Shown: piece by piece, positions 17,419 through 26,366 of the stretch
How positions within the stretch are numbered: the stretch's first letter is position 1
Layout: each line of letters opens with the position of its first letter
Origin: a virus
Taxonomy: Duplodnaviria > Caudoviricetes
Direction: 5' to 3' (one strand)
Length of the DNA stretch: 28,323 nucleotides
IMG/VR virus record: IMGVR_UViG_3300017747_001300
Coordinates: 1-28,323 of that record
Translations under genes and position numbers: made by a program
Notes under the pieces: generated by a model
Seen by the model: the letters and a program-made list of their open reading frames with translations, nothing else
Database searches by the model: none
Told to the model about the DNA's origin: nothing

Positions 17419-19034
17419 TAAGTGCTCACAATCGGGCCAACATTCGCTGTAAACCCGGTTGGCGGTGTGAGAGTTGGAAGCACCCCATAGGTAGACGCCA
17501 CGGACGACGCCCCAAAAAACCCAAGCGCGTGCGCCCTAAACTTGTTTGACGCGCTATCAAACTGCGCTGCTATGTAGTAGCGCCCCGGCCCTGCTGCGAA
17601 ATAGCTGGTCGTGAAATTGTTTCCGACATACTGAGCCGTAGAGCCAGAAACACTGAACGATGCTGTTTTTGCGAGCTGTGTGCCGTTATAGTCAAGCAGG
17701 TACAGAGTACAGTTGCCGGCGCCGGTCGAGCCTTGCAAGATGGCCGCGCCTGTAAGCAGCATAGAACAGCTAAGGTTTAGCTCGCACACATACGTTGCAG
17801 TAGTGCTGGCGGTAACGTCTGTTCCAACAGTGGCCGACGACGGCACCATGCCGCCAGTGCAAAACGCTGTGCCGGTGTTTTTTGTACGGATGTCAATTTG
17901 CTTTGTGGTGCTGACGGAGCCGTCCAAAATGACAGAATCAAATATTGCAGTGCTTTGGACAGTTTGACTGAGTGACGAGTCGTACTGAATGACAGAGCCG
18001 TAAATGCCGCCACCAGATTCTGTTGTGGTGTCAACAACTTTACCAAAACTGGCCCCAAGTCTGATGTTTAGCCCAGACACGTCTGCGCCAGTAGATGTGA
18101 GCAGCCCAGTCAGATTAGAAATGTTTGTGGTGGCTGAGATGGTCAGCCCTTTGACATTACTGATGGCCCTGACAAAGCCCAACGGCACGCCGGTGCCAAT
18201 CTCAATCTGAGGATCAACAACTGTGAATTGCGTGTTAAAGGTGCCAAGCAATACTTGAGCAAATCCACCTTGCGCCAAAAAGTACCCGCCGTCGACTTTA
18301 ATGCCAAACGTGCTGTACACCTCCATGTTGTTGCCGTATCCAGCACCTAAGAAGGCAACATTGTCAAAATAGTTGAGCGATAGGGTAGCGCCGCCGATGA
18401 CGTACTCAGGGTAATCTGGAGAAACGATGGCAGGGTACTGGCCGCTTCCGGCAAGGACCACACATTTGTCAGCGTAGTACCAGCAATCGTAATGGTGGTG
18501 ATGCTCGCCGCGCCGGTTCATAATCGCAATAGTGCCAACACCCCCATTGGCTGATGGGTTGGTGGGCAACCCAATTGCAATCCTTACAAAGTTGTTTTTT
18601 GCACAGTAGGGCGCTGGCAGAGTGCGCTGCATCAAAATGCCGACTGTTGACGGGTTGGTTGGCCCAGCAATGATGCCGAAGTCTTGCAGCGTGGTGTTGT
18701 TGCCACCAGCCATATCAATAGCAATGTAGCCCGTTTGAGCCACAAGAATTGTCCCGTAAGTGCTTGCAGCAGAGACTGCGGGATTTCCTTGCCCAACGCC
18801 GGTAATTTTTATAAAAACATCGTCAGCATAAGTGTTTTGAATTTTAAGGCTGCTTGAAAGTTTATACCTTCCCGCCGGAATAAACACTTCGCCGCCGCCA
18901 GCAGCAATTGCTGCGTCTATGGCTGCTTGAATGGCCGAAGAACTATTAGCCGCACCTGTTGGGTCAGCGCCATAATCCAGCGGGTTGTACACCGCGCCGG
19001 AAATCATGGAGTAAGTGACTTTGGTCAAAGACAT
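17415..19034 (-). CDS. tailspike / pectate-lyase-superfamily beta-helix protein
   Basis: NPLDYGADPTG...AIQAAID...VFIPAGRY entry motif followed by beta-helix-like sequence. AT-richer DNA. Confidence 0.85.
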   Translation of the reverse strand: MSLTKVTYSMISGAVYNPLDYGADPTGAANSSSAIQAAIDAAIAAGGGEVFIPAGRYKLSSSLKIQNTYADDVFIKITGVGQGNPAVSAASTYGTILVAQTGYIAIDMAGGNNTTLQDFGIIAGPTNPSTVGILMQRTLPAPYCAKNNFVRIAIGLPTNPSANGGVGTIAIMNRRGEHHHHYDCWYYADKCVVLAGSGQYPAIVSPDYPEYVIGGATLSLNYFDNVAFLGAGYGNNMEVYSTFGIKVDGGYFLAQGGFAQVLLGTFNTQFTVVDPQIEIGTGVPLGFVRAISNVKGLTISATTNISNLTGLLTSTGADVSGLNIRLGASFGKVVDTTTESGGGIYGSVIQYDSSLSQTVQSTAIFDSVILDGSVSTTKQIDIRTKNTGTAFCTGGMVPSSATVGTDVTASTTATYVCELNLSCSMLLTGAAILQGSTGAGNCTLYLLDYNGTQLAKTASFSVSGSTAQYVGNNFTTSYFAAGPGRYYIAAQFDSASNKFRAHALGFFGASSVASTYGVLPTLTPPTGFTANVGPIVSTY

Positions 19035-19043
19035 TTTTAGTCC

Positions 19044-19676
19044 TTAGACAGTGTAGACAATTACAAACCGAAAATCGGCAGTGTTGCCAAAGTTTGATTC
19101 GCTCATGGTGGTGCGGTCAGTAAGTGACTGTTGCAAAAAGTAAAGAGTATCTGTTGCAATACTCAACAATGTCGCGCCGCCAACAATAATTCCAGAAAAG
19201 CTAGATGCAGGGTCAACCACTGTCATAGAGTTAACATTGGCAGCAGCGTTAAAAGGAAGCCCGGTAATAGCAGCCAAACCTGTTGCTGAACCTTTAGAGG
19301 TCAGGACTACTTTGGCAACTAATGTGACTTGCCGCCCAATTCGAGTGTATTGCCCAAACTGTGTTCCGTAAGTAATCCCAGTCGTCGCGCCGCCAAAAGA
19401 AAGCGTAGGCGTCCAAGTCCCTTCCTCATACCAATTCAGCAACTCGCTGGTCATCCCCGGCGCGTTGGTGTTGGCGGTGAAGTTGATGCCTTTAAGTGCG
19501 GTGCTCTGAATGATATTGTCCGTAAACGACCCGCCGGCCGTTGCAACCGCGCGGCCAGCCGTAAGATTTGCGACAGACACTTTTACCGTTGACCCGCTTT
19601 GAACAATCGGCAGAACCTCGGTGCCGGCAAGAGGAGTGCTTGCCCCAGTCAATGCAGAAATTTTTAGGTCGGCCAT
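19044..19676 (-). CDS. tail fibre-associated protein
   Basis: MADLKISAL N-terminus, YEEGTWTP, YTRIGRQV and ITGLPF motifs common in phage tail proteins. Confidence 0.75.
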   Translation of the reverse strand: MADLKISALTGASTPLAGTEVLPIVQSGSTVKVSVANLTAGRAVATAGGSFTDNIIQSTALKGINFTANTNAPGMTSELLNWYEEGTWTPTLSFGGATTGITYGTQFGQYTRIGRQVTLVAKVVLTSKGSATGLAAITGLPFNAAANVNSMTVVDPASSFSGIIVGGATLLSIATDTLYFLQQSLTDRTTMSESNFGNTADFRFVIVYTV

Positions 19677-19685
19677 GATTGTTCC

Positions 19686-20186
19686 TTAGACGTAATTGAC
19701 TTCGATTGTCGAAGTAGTAGGCGGTGCCTCTGAAAAAGTGAGCACAGCGCCAGCAATGCTGTACGTGTTCTTTTGCTGGTACACACCGTTGATGTACACA
19801 TTGGTGGCGTTTTCGCCTGCGGGAGCGCTTGCCAGCGTAAATGCGACAGTTGAGCCGTTGCCGGTGAAATTTGCAATGATTGCGGTAGCGTTAAAGCTGC
19901 TACCCACATTGTCGTATGTGGCAAGTGTCACGTCGGCGCTGGTCTTAAGCACAAACTTGTACAGCCGCAGCGCGTTCCAAATTTCACCGCCGGGCACTCG
20001 GCCAGCAGCGTCCAAAATTATTGGATTGGTGTGCGCGGTGTTGCCGGCGCTTGATGTGTATGTAGCCAAGGGCGTCGTCGTGCCGGCCTCATAGGTAAAA
20101 ATTTTGCCGCCAGACAGCGGAATACCGCTGTTGTCAAAAAATTGGGCGCCAACGCCACCAAAAATTGAGAGTGATACAGCTGGCAT
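19686..20186 (-). CDS. tailspike attachment (head-binding-like) protein
   Basis: QFFDNSGIPLSGGKIFTYEAGTTTP...NPIILDAAGR, then a GNGSTVAFTL...VYINGVYQ domain. Confidence 0.75.
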   Translation of the reverse strand: MPAVSLSIFGGVGAQFFDNSGIPLSGGKIFTYEAGTTTPLATYTSSAGNTAHTNPIILDAAGRVPGGEIWNALRLYKFVLKTSADVTLATYDNVGSSFNATAIIANFTGNGSTVAFTLASAPAGENATNVYINGVYQQKNTYSIAGAVLTFSEAPPTTSTIEVNYV

Positions 20187-20190
20187 GTGG

Positions 20191-20355
20191 TTACTCCAAC
20201 AAGATCAGGCCGCCGTCCTCTTGCGTGAGGTTGTCGCCTGACTCGGTGAGAAGATTGCCTACAGAGGCACCGCTGTCGCGAGTGCCCGAAAAAAGCGTGA
20301 CAATGCCCGCGAGGCCGATTGCCACTGAGTTGCGAAGGCCGATTCCCCAGCTCAT
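20191..20355 (-). CDS. small hypothetical protein (54 aa)
   Basis: Not in the track. MSWGIGLRNSVAIGLAGIVTLFSGTRDSGASVGNLLTESGDNLTQEDGGLILLE. ATGA overlap, fills the gap exactly. Confidence 0.75.
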   Translation of the reverse strand: MSWGIGLRNSVAIGLAGIVTLFSGTRDSGASVGNLLTESGDNLTQEDGGLILLE

Positions 20356-20654
20356 CGGATGTTGATCGGCTTGCAGTACACGGCGCCATCATCAGAGACG
20401 CGGATCGCGCTCACCCGCCACGGTGCGCCGGAGCCGGGCTCCAGATAGAACGGGATCGGGGTGTACGCAGGAATCGGGGTGCTGGCGGTCGTTGCCGTCA
20501 CGTCCACGCCCACAGCCACATAGCAGGGGGTCGTAGACCAGACCACCACGCCCTCGGGGCCCGGGTTCCAAGTCGAGGTGCTGCCGGCCGTGCCGGTGTA
20601 GGCCACCGTGCGACCGGGATAGTCAGCATCGGAGAGGGGTCTGAGAAGTTCCAT
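20352..20654 (-). CDS. hypothetical virion protein
   Basis: TAAGGAG RBS, beta-rich. Confidence 0.7.
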   Translation of the reverse strand: MELLRPLSDADYPGRTVAYTGTAGSTSTWNPGPEGVVVWSTTPCYVAVGVDVTATTASTPIPAYTPIPFYLEPGSGAPWRVSAIRVSDDGAVYCKPINIR

Positions 20655-20663
20655 GTCGGCTCC

Positions 20664-21026
20664 TTACGCGAGGAATTTCAGCTTGTAGATCGTGCTCAAG
20701 TACAAGCCAGAGATTTCATCAATGATATTTTGCAGCGGCGTGTCGGTTTTGTCACACACCTCGTAGCGGCATTCGTCAATCTCGGCCATCTGCCCTTGCA
20801 GAAAATCGAGGATGTTGGACGTGTTTTTGGCGCTCATCAGCGAGATCGGGCCGATCAGCCCGTGCCGCCCCTGATACGCCTCGGCAAACTTGTCGGCCAA
20901 GTCCACGATCTCGTCATAGAACGTGTTCAGGGCCATGTGCTTGGAAAAACTGCGGGTGTTCAGGTGCACAGAATGGGCTACATCCCGCGCCAAAAACAAC
21001 ATGCCGACGAAATCTGCGGCTTTCAT
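20664..21026 (-). CDS. ferritin/Dps-like four-helix protein (DUF5856-like)
   Basis: HLNTRSFSKHMALNTFYDEIVDLADKFAEAYQG has Dps-like His/His/Asp/Glu spacing. AAGGAGG RBS. Confidence 0.7.
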   Translation of the reverse strand: MKAADFVGMLFLARDVAHSVHLNTRSFSKHMALNTFYDEIVDLADKFAEAYQGRHGLIGPISLMSAKNTSNILDFLQGQMAEIDECRYEVCDKTDTPLQNIIDEISGLYLSTIYKLKFLA

Positions 21027-23284
21027 GCTGCGCCTCCTTGTGGCACGACGTTGGGCATCGGGGTGGCCTGCTGGGCCTCTTCCTGACGGGCCATTTCACC
21101 CATCTCCATCTCCATGCCGGGGCTCTCAGCCATGATAGGCCCTTGCATCTGCTGCGGAGGGATCAAATCGCCCACATCTTGCACGGCCGCAAGCGTGCCC
21201 ATCACGATGTCTTGGATTTGTTCTGGCGTCATACCCGCAATTGTGGCCGAAATCCGCTTGGTTTCGGCATCAAATGCCTTGACTTTGGCCTCAAACTCAC
21301 GAACTTGCACGTCCCGGGACTCAATCGACTGGTTGACGTTCTGCAGCATATTGAACATTTGCTGCATTTCCTGCGCCATCGCCTGAATCTGCTGATTGGC
21401 AGCCTGCAGAGCTGGATCGTCGTCCTCGTTGGCGAGCAGTTTGGGGTCGATCGTCTTGCGCAGACGGGCGGCCATCTCTTGGGCCCCCGGCCAGTCCATG
21501 TTCTTGACGAACAGGTCGCCGGCCACGGCCCACAGGTTCGGGTTGCCCTGCAGAATCTGCGACATGGCGTCCATCGCCTCTTGGCGCTTGGTCAGATAGC
21601 TCGGGCCAGTGGTCACCACGACGTCGTAGCGGCCCACAGACGGGTTGTAAATCTTGTCGATGACGATGCCAGCCTGATCGATGATCTTTTTGACCGGCTC
21701 GCTCTGCGTCGGGTCGATCTTGACCATGTTCGTCTCACCATCGATGCCGATGATGCGAGCGATCCGCTGGGTGTCGTAGATTTTTGGGATCAGGTCGACC
21801 AGCTGGCGCGTGACGTAGCGCACCGCGCGGGCCAGATTGTCGACGTAGTGGTACGTTCCGACGTCAGCTTGGCGCTCGCGGGCCAGAATTGCCCGGCCAG
21901 AACGCTCGTTGGATACCTGCCCAAGGCTTGCGTCGTACTGCCCGGTGGTCGACTTGATGTCCTCAGAGGCGCCCATTTTGGCCTGAATAAGGCCGGTTTG
22001 GGGCAGCGGTGGGGCTGCACGCTGCGGCAGCGGCAAAACGCTGCCAGAGCCGTCTGTGACGTCTGGATTGACCTCCAGATACGGCCAGTTCTGGGTGTTG
22101 GCCGTCTTCCACTGGTACTCGTAGCCTTCGAACTGGCCGCCGTAGCCGATGAAGGGGGCCTTGGGGGCCAGCGCCAGCATCTCAGCCTCTTGGCTCGTCC
22201 AGTAGTTGTACATGCGCTGCGCGTCTTTGGCGTTGCGCACGATGCCCGAAATGAAGATGCGACCGTCGACTTGGAACTCGTTGCCCACCACACGGATGAC
22301 AGGAATCCAGTTGCCGGCCCATTCGCGCTCTTCCAGCGTTTCAAAGCCGTTGGTCTTCATCCACATCACGCGCTTGCGGTCGACCCGGCGCTCGCGGATA
22401 GGCGTCAGACCCATCGCCCGCAGCGTCTTGTCCTGCGGCGAGCCCTTGAACGCGGTCTGGTTCCCCGGGTAGAGGTACAGCGTGTCGTCTTTGTGGTCGA
22501 TGTAGAAGTACTCAGCGATGCGGATTGTGTCCTCAGTAATCCACTGGCTGATGTCCTGATCGCCGATGCCCTGCGCCATGATGGTCGACACCGGCGAGGC
22601 GTCGGGGTACATGCGCTGGTAGTCTTCCTTCGTCAGGTCTTCGGTGATGAAGCACCACTCAGCATCAGCGCCGCACGGGTCTTGGATCAGCGGATCCATG
22701 TAGACCGAGAACGAGTTGCGGATGCGGGCAATCTTGATGTCCTGATCGAACGAGTCCTCGTAGCAGTACTCGGTCAGCAGACGGATGTAGCCCTCGCCGT
22801 AGGTGACTTGGTTCTCGCACGCGGTGTCGTAGGCCACGTCGGCGTCCGACATGTACTCAATGTGCCGCACGATGCCGTTGAGCACCTCTGCGACCTCAAC
22901 GTCGGCCTGATCGTTGACCGGGATGACTTTGCCCGAGGGGCGGTTCTGCCGCTGCTCGTTGGTGACCTGCCGCACATGCTGCGGCAGCTTGTTGATCGTC
23001 AGGCACGGCCGGGCGTTGACCGTCTGCCCCTGCACCGAGCCCCGGGTCGCCAGCACGTCCTGCGGCCACTGCCACTGGTTGTCGGGCGAGCCGGCCATGA
23101 AGCGCAGATCGTCCAGCTCGTCCTCGCGGCTCTCAGAGTACGCGCCGAGGGCCATGCGCAGTCGGTCGCGCATGAGCTGCAGCTTGTCGCGGCCATCGCG
23201 CGTCGCTTCAGGCGACGGGCCACCGCGCGCAGACACTTTGCCTGCGCCGTTGATGCCTGAGGGGTCTTGGTTGATCGTTGCCAT
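21023..23284 (-). CDS. portal protein, P22 gp1-like
   Basis: 753 aa. RPCLTINKLP, KDAQRMYNYW, SGRAILAR and GRYDVVVTTGPSY motifs, with a C-terminal Gln-rich coil. Confidence 0.95.
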   Translation of the reverse strand: MATINQDPSGINGAGKVSARGGPSPEATRDGRDKLQLMRDRLRMALGAYSESREDELDDLRFMAGSPDNQWQWPQDVLATRGSVQGQTVNARPCLTINKLPQHVRQVTNEQRQNRPSGKVIPVNDQADVEVAEVLNGIVRHIEYMSDADVAYDTACENQVTYGEGYIRLLTEYCYEDSFDQDIKIARIRNSFSVYMDPLIQDPCGADAEWCFITEDLTKEDYQRMYPDASPVSTIMAQGIGDQDISQWITEDTIRIAEYFYIDHKDDTLYLYPGNQTAFKGSPQDKTLRAMGLTPIRERRVDRKRVMWMKTNGFETLEEREWAGNWIPVIRVVGNEFQVDGRIFISGIVRNAKDAQRMYNYWTSQEAEMLALAPKAPFIGYGGQFEGYEYQWKTANTQNWPYLEVNPDVTDGSGSVLPLPQRAAPPLPQTGLIQAKMGASEDIKSTTGQYDASLGQVSNERSGRAILARERQADVGTYHYVDNLARAVRYVTRQLVDLIPKIYDTQRIARIIGIDGETNMVKIDPTQSEPVKKIIDQAGIVIDKIYNPSVGRYDVVVTTGPSYLTKRQEAMDAMSQILQGNPNLWAVAGDLFVKNMDWPGAQEMAARLRKTIDPKLLANEDDDPALQAANQQIQAMAQEMQQMFNMLQNVNQSIESRDVQVREFEAKVKAFDAETKRISATIAGMTPEQIQDIVMGTLAAVQDVGDLIPPQQMQGPIMAESPGMEMEMGEMARQEEAQQATPMPNVVPQGGAA

Positions 23285-23445
23285 TACTTCTTCTTCGCTG
23301 GCGCCTTGCTGGCGGGTTTCTTGGCCGCTTCGCGCTTGACGCTATAGGCGATGGCGACGGCCTGTTTGACCGGCTTGCCGGCAGCGACTTCAGCCTTGAT
23401 GTTCTTGCGGAAGGCTTCTTTGGAGGATGACTTGACCAGCGGCAT
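23284..23445 (-). CDS. small basic protein (53 aa)
   Basis: Not in the track. [53 protein letters not shown], with 1-nt stop/start overlaps at both ends. Confidence 0.8.
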   Translation of the reverse strand: MPLVKSSSKEAFRKNIKAEVAAGKPVKQAVAIAYSVKREAAKKPASKAPAKKK

Positions 23446-23609
23446 CATTTCCCCTTCATCGGCTTCTTGGCCGTCTTGGCTGAATCACGGAACGCCTTGT
23501 CGGTGGGCGCGCCCTTGCTGCCGGACTTGCGCATCTTCTCGCCAGAGCCCTCTTTGATGCGCTCACGTTTAGCTGCGATGTTGGCATAGAGCCCGGGTTT
23601 TGTAGCCAT
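23445..23609 (-). CDS. small basic protein (54 aa)
   Basis: [28 protein letters not shown]... Start placed at 23609, just after the upstream stop. Confidence 0.8.
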   Translation of the reverse strand: MATKPGLYANIAAKRERIKEGSGEKMRKSGSKGAPTDKAFRDSAKTAKKPMKGK

Positions 23610-23611
23610 GA

Positions 23612-23872
23612 TCAGCACTTCCATCGTTTGAGGGACGCCTTGGCGCGCTCGGCGTCGCCCTTGGCGTTTTTGACGACCCCTTCCATGCGCGCGCAAAAGC
23701 TGGCCTTGCGGCCTTTATCTGCCTCGGTCTTGGGGCTGGGCGCGGGAGGTTTGAGATTGGAGCCGGTGGCAGCGTTGTACTTGGCCCGCCCTTTTGCGGT
23801 CAGGCCAGCGCCTTTAGACACGGGCAATTTCTCCCCGCGTCCAACTGACAGCGAAACGCCTTTCTTTGCCAT
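23612..23872 (-). CDS. small basic protein (86 aa, DUF6321-like)
   Basis: GLTAKGRAKYN...NLKPP...RKASFCARM...RWKC. TGATG overlap with terL. Confidence 0.8.
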   Translation of the reverse strand: MAKKGVSLSVGRGEKLPVSKGAGLTAKGRAKYNAATGSNLKPPAPSPKTEADKGRKASFCARMEGVVKNAKGDAERAKASLKRWKC

Positions 23873-25398
23873 CAAGCCCCCATCCAAGATGTAGCCACGC
23901 CGTTCGCAGCATAACCGCGACTGCTGGGCTTTTCAACATATTGCCGGTGCGCGACTGGAAACGCGAATGTCACGGCCAGCGCATCGGCGGCATCAGGCGA
24001 GGCCAGCCCACGGGCTTTCATCTCCTTTTTGCCTTCTAGGAAAATTGTACCCGACGAATTCGGTTTTATGGTAGGCCCTGTCAGATCGGACTTCAAACCC
24101 CTGTCGTTGGGTATCGACGCGGTTTTGAGCCAATCCTTCATTTGCCCCCACAATTCGGCCCGTTTGTTGCCGTACATAATCGGGTTTTTGGCCTTCCAGC
24201 CGAAGTTCACGCCTCTGACGACCTTGTACCGCTGCTCATGCAGCCTGTCCAAGATGCCGTACCCGAGGCCGCCTTCGTCGAGCACCACCAGCGTGGGCTT
24301 GTATTCCTCGATCGCGTCGATGACGCGGCCCACGATCGTCATCGTGTCCTCGCCGTGGTAGCGGTGGATCGCCACCAGATCGCGGCCCTGCCGCACGGCG
24401 ATCACCGTCGAGTCTGCGCCGCCGCGCGCCGGGTCGACGCCGATGACGATCGGCGCCGTCTCGTCCTTGTACCGCGCGCGCTTGGCCGCGTCGGCCACCA
24501 GCATCGGCGTGATGAACTGATCGTCGCCAGCTGATGGGAACTCCCCGTACACCTCAACCTTGGCCTGCGAGGAGTCCTCGCCGTACTCGTCGATGATTTG
24601 CTGGTAGACCTGCTTGTCCGTGTCCTCGACCGTTCTGGCGTCCACTTGCCGCGTCGACCAAAAGTCGCGCTTGGCGTGGAAGCACTCAAAGAAGTACCCC
24701 GTGTTGCGCCGTGGGTTGCTGAACGCGAACCAGTACCTGTCGAGGATGTTCTCCGTGAAGAAGCCCGCACCCACCGACCAGATCGAGTCAGGAATACCGC
24801 TGGCCTCGTCGAAGATCAGCATCATGCCGTCGTGGTTGTGCACACCGGCGTAGCTGTCTGGGTTCTCCTCTGACCACAGCTTGCCCTCAGCGGCCCAGTA
24901 GCGCGTGCCCTTCTTGAGGTCGCGCTCGACGATGTCCGTCAGCCACTTGGCCGGCATCAGCTTGGTCGCGCTGATCTCCCACCAGTGGGCGTTGATCACC
25001 ATCGTCGACCACTTGGTCAGCTCACCCCACGTCACCGAGCGCAGCTGCGCCTCGGAGTTGGCGCTGACGACGACGCTCGATCCGATCCGCGTGGACAGCA
25101 TCCACAGGATCAGCCAGCTGACCAAAGCTGACTTGCCGATGCCGCGCCCAGAACTGACCGCCTCGCGCAGCGTGTCCATGTTCAGCTGGCCCTTGTTGCG
25201 CTGGATGTGCTCCTTGATGTCGCGCAGCACTTGGCGCTGCCACATGCGCGGGCCCTTGTACTTTGCCAGCGGCGTGTTCTCCTGCCCCCACGGGAAGGCG
25301 AACAGCACAAACGCCTCAGGGTCGTCCTTGACCGCCGGCCCCCAGAGCCGGGTCATCAAGAGCTGTTCGTCTTCAGGACTGTAGATGGGCTTCTGCAT
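23872..25398 (-). CDS. terL: terminase large subunit
   Basis: SGRGIGKS Walker A, IFDEASG Walker B, FSNP motif III, IGVDPARGGAD and SPDAADAL nuclease motifs. Confidence 0.95.
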   Translation of the reverse strand: MQKPIYSPEDEQLLMTRLWGPAVKDDPEAFVLFAFPWGQENTPLAKYKGPRMWQRQVLRDIKEHIQRNKGQLNMDTLREAVSSGRGIGKSALVSWLILWMLSTRIGSSVVVSANSEAQLRSVTWGELTKWSTMVINAHWWEISATKLMPAKWLTDIVERDLKKGTRYWAAEGKLWSEENPDSYAGVHNHDGMMLIFDEASGIPDSIWSVGAGFFTENILDRYWFAFSNPRRNTGYFFECFHAKRDFWSTRQVDARTVEDTDKQVYQQIIDEYGEDSSQAKVEVYGEFPSAGDDQFITPMLVADAAKRARYKDETAPIVIGVDPARGGADSTVIAVRQGRDLVAIHRYHGEDTMTIVGRVIDAIEEYKPTLVVLDEGGLGYGILDRLHEQRYKVVRGVNFGWKAKNPIMYGNKRAELWGQMKDWLKTASIPNDRGLKSDLTGPTIKPNSSGTIFLEGKKEMKARGLASPDAADALAVTFAFPVAHRQYVEKPSSRGYAANGVATSWMGA

Positions 25399-25556
25399 CA
25401 GTTTAGCTTTCGTTCGCCCGTCTCATACTGCTCCCGCCCATCAAGTGCGTTGTGCGTTAAGACGTCGTATTCCTCATCCAGCTGTGGCTTGCACCAACAC
25501 TCCATACCCTCTACGACGTGTTCGCGCAAATCATCAATTGGGTAAACGTGAATCAT
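25398..25556 (-). CDS. small His/Cys protein (52 aa)
   Basis: Not in the track. MIHVYPIDDLREHVVEGMECWCKPQLDEEYDVLTHNALDGREQYETGERKLN, coupled to terS (ATGA) and terL (TGATG). Confidence 0.75.
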   Translation of the reverse strand: MIHVYPIDDLREHVVEGMECWCKPQLDEEYDVLTHNALDGREQYETGERKLN

Positions 25557-26017
25557 TGTTGCGCCGCTTCTTTCGTGTTCTCTACGCGCTTGGGTAGCGT
25601 GGGGCTGGGCTGGTTCTCGATCACTTCTGTGACTGCGCCGTCAATGACGCGGCTCTCAGCAGCGCGCAGGGCGTCGATGACGCTGATGCGCTGGTCGACC
25701 TCGACGGAGATGGCTTGTTTGGCAACCCAGCCGTGGGTGTGCTGGAGGATAGCAAGCGCGGCTTTTGCGTCGCCCGCCCGGGCGGCGTTGAGCAGATGCT
25801 GGCTGTTCTCGCGTTCACTGTCGGCGCGCCCCTTTTGTTCGGCCAATTGGGCCATTTGGTCAAGCTCTTTGAGTCGGTTGTACTCGACTGGAAGTAATCC
25901 AGCAGCCAGCGCCAGTGCATCACCCTTCAATCCCAAATACGCAGATTCGTAAATGCGCTCCAGCGTCGCCTCTGTGGCGCGCACTTCACGAAGGGTAAGC
26001 GGAAGACTCTTGAACAT
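25553..26017 (-). CDS. terS: terminase small subunit (putative)
   Basis: First late gene upstream of terL. HTH-like N-terminus and a GDAKAALAILQHTHGW helix. Confidence 0.7.
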   Translation of the reverse strand: MFKSLPLTLREVRATEATLERIYESAYLGLKGDALALAAGLLPVEYNRLKELDQMAQLAEQKGRADSERENSQHLLNAARAGDAKAALAILQHTHGWVAKQAISVEVDQRISVIDALRAAESRVIDGAVTEVIENQPSPTLPKRVENTKEAAQQ

Positions 26018-26052
26018 GTGTGCAGTTTACGCCGGTGCGATTTTTTCTGGAA
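26018..26052 (-). promoter_or_regulatory. putative leaderless terS promoter
   Basis: TTCCAG-N17-TAAACT-N6-ATG with no Shine-Dalgarno. Confidence 0.45.
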
Positions 26053-26180
26053 GACCAAATGGCCGAAGTGACCCATAGGCGCAAATGTAAAGGATTCTTT
26101 GAGCGGTGTGCAAAAAATAAAAAAATTTTTGCGATACCACCGGCTCGTGACCGGCCGGCCGCCGGCCCTCCCCGGGGGGT

Positions 26181-26242
26181 CAGTGAGCACTCACTAACAT
26201 CCCCGAACGGCCGGCCGACCGCCCCAGTGAGCACTTACTAAC
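26181..26242 (+). repeat. two 18 bp direct repeats with internal dyad symmetry
   Basis: CAGTGAGCACTCACTAAC (26181) and CAGTGAGCACTTACTAAC (26225). Confidence 0.85.
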
Positions 26243-26324
26243 GGCCACCGGCCGCGAGCTGCGCGCCGAGCTGCTGCCGGCCGCCAGCTGGCGCCGAGCG
26301 CGCCATGTCATGCCGTGCCGGCCA

Positions 26325-26366
26325 CCATGCCGGGGCCATCGGCCGCCATGCCGGGGCCATCGGCCG
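26325..26366 (+). repeat. perfect 21 bp tandem duplication
   Basis: CCATGCCGGGGCCATCGGCCG twice. Confidence 0.9.

Noticed and set aside
21038-23260. 740-aa plus-strand ORF
   Set aside because: Antisense shadow of the portal gene. GC-rich codon bias removes stops on the opposite strand, and it has no recognisable motifs.
26181-26242. Possible mini CRISPR array
   Set aside because: Only two 18 bp copies with a 26 bp gap and no cas operon. The Cas4-like gene is an ordinary phage DUF2800 nuclease.
26325-26366. 21 bp tandem duplication as a functional element
   Set aside because: Only two copies in GGCC-rich low-complexity DNA, and slippage explains it adequately.
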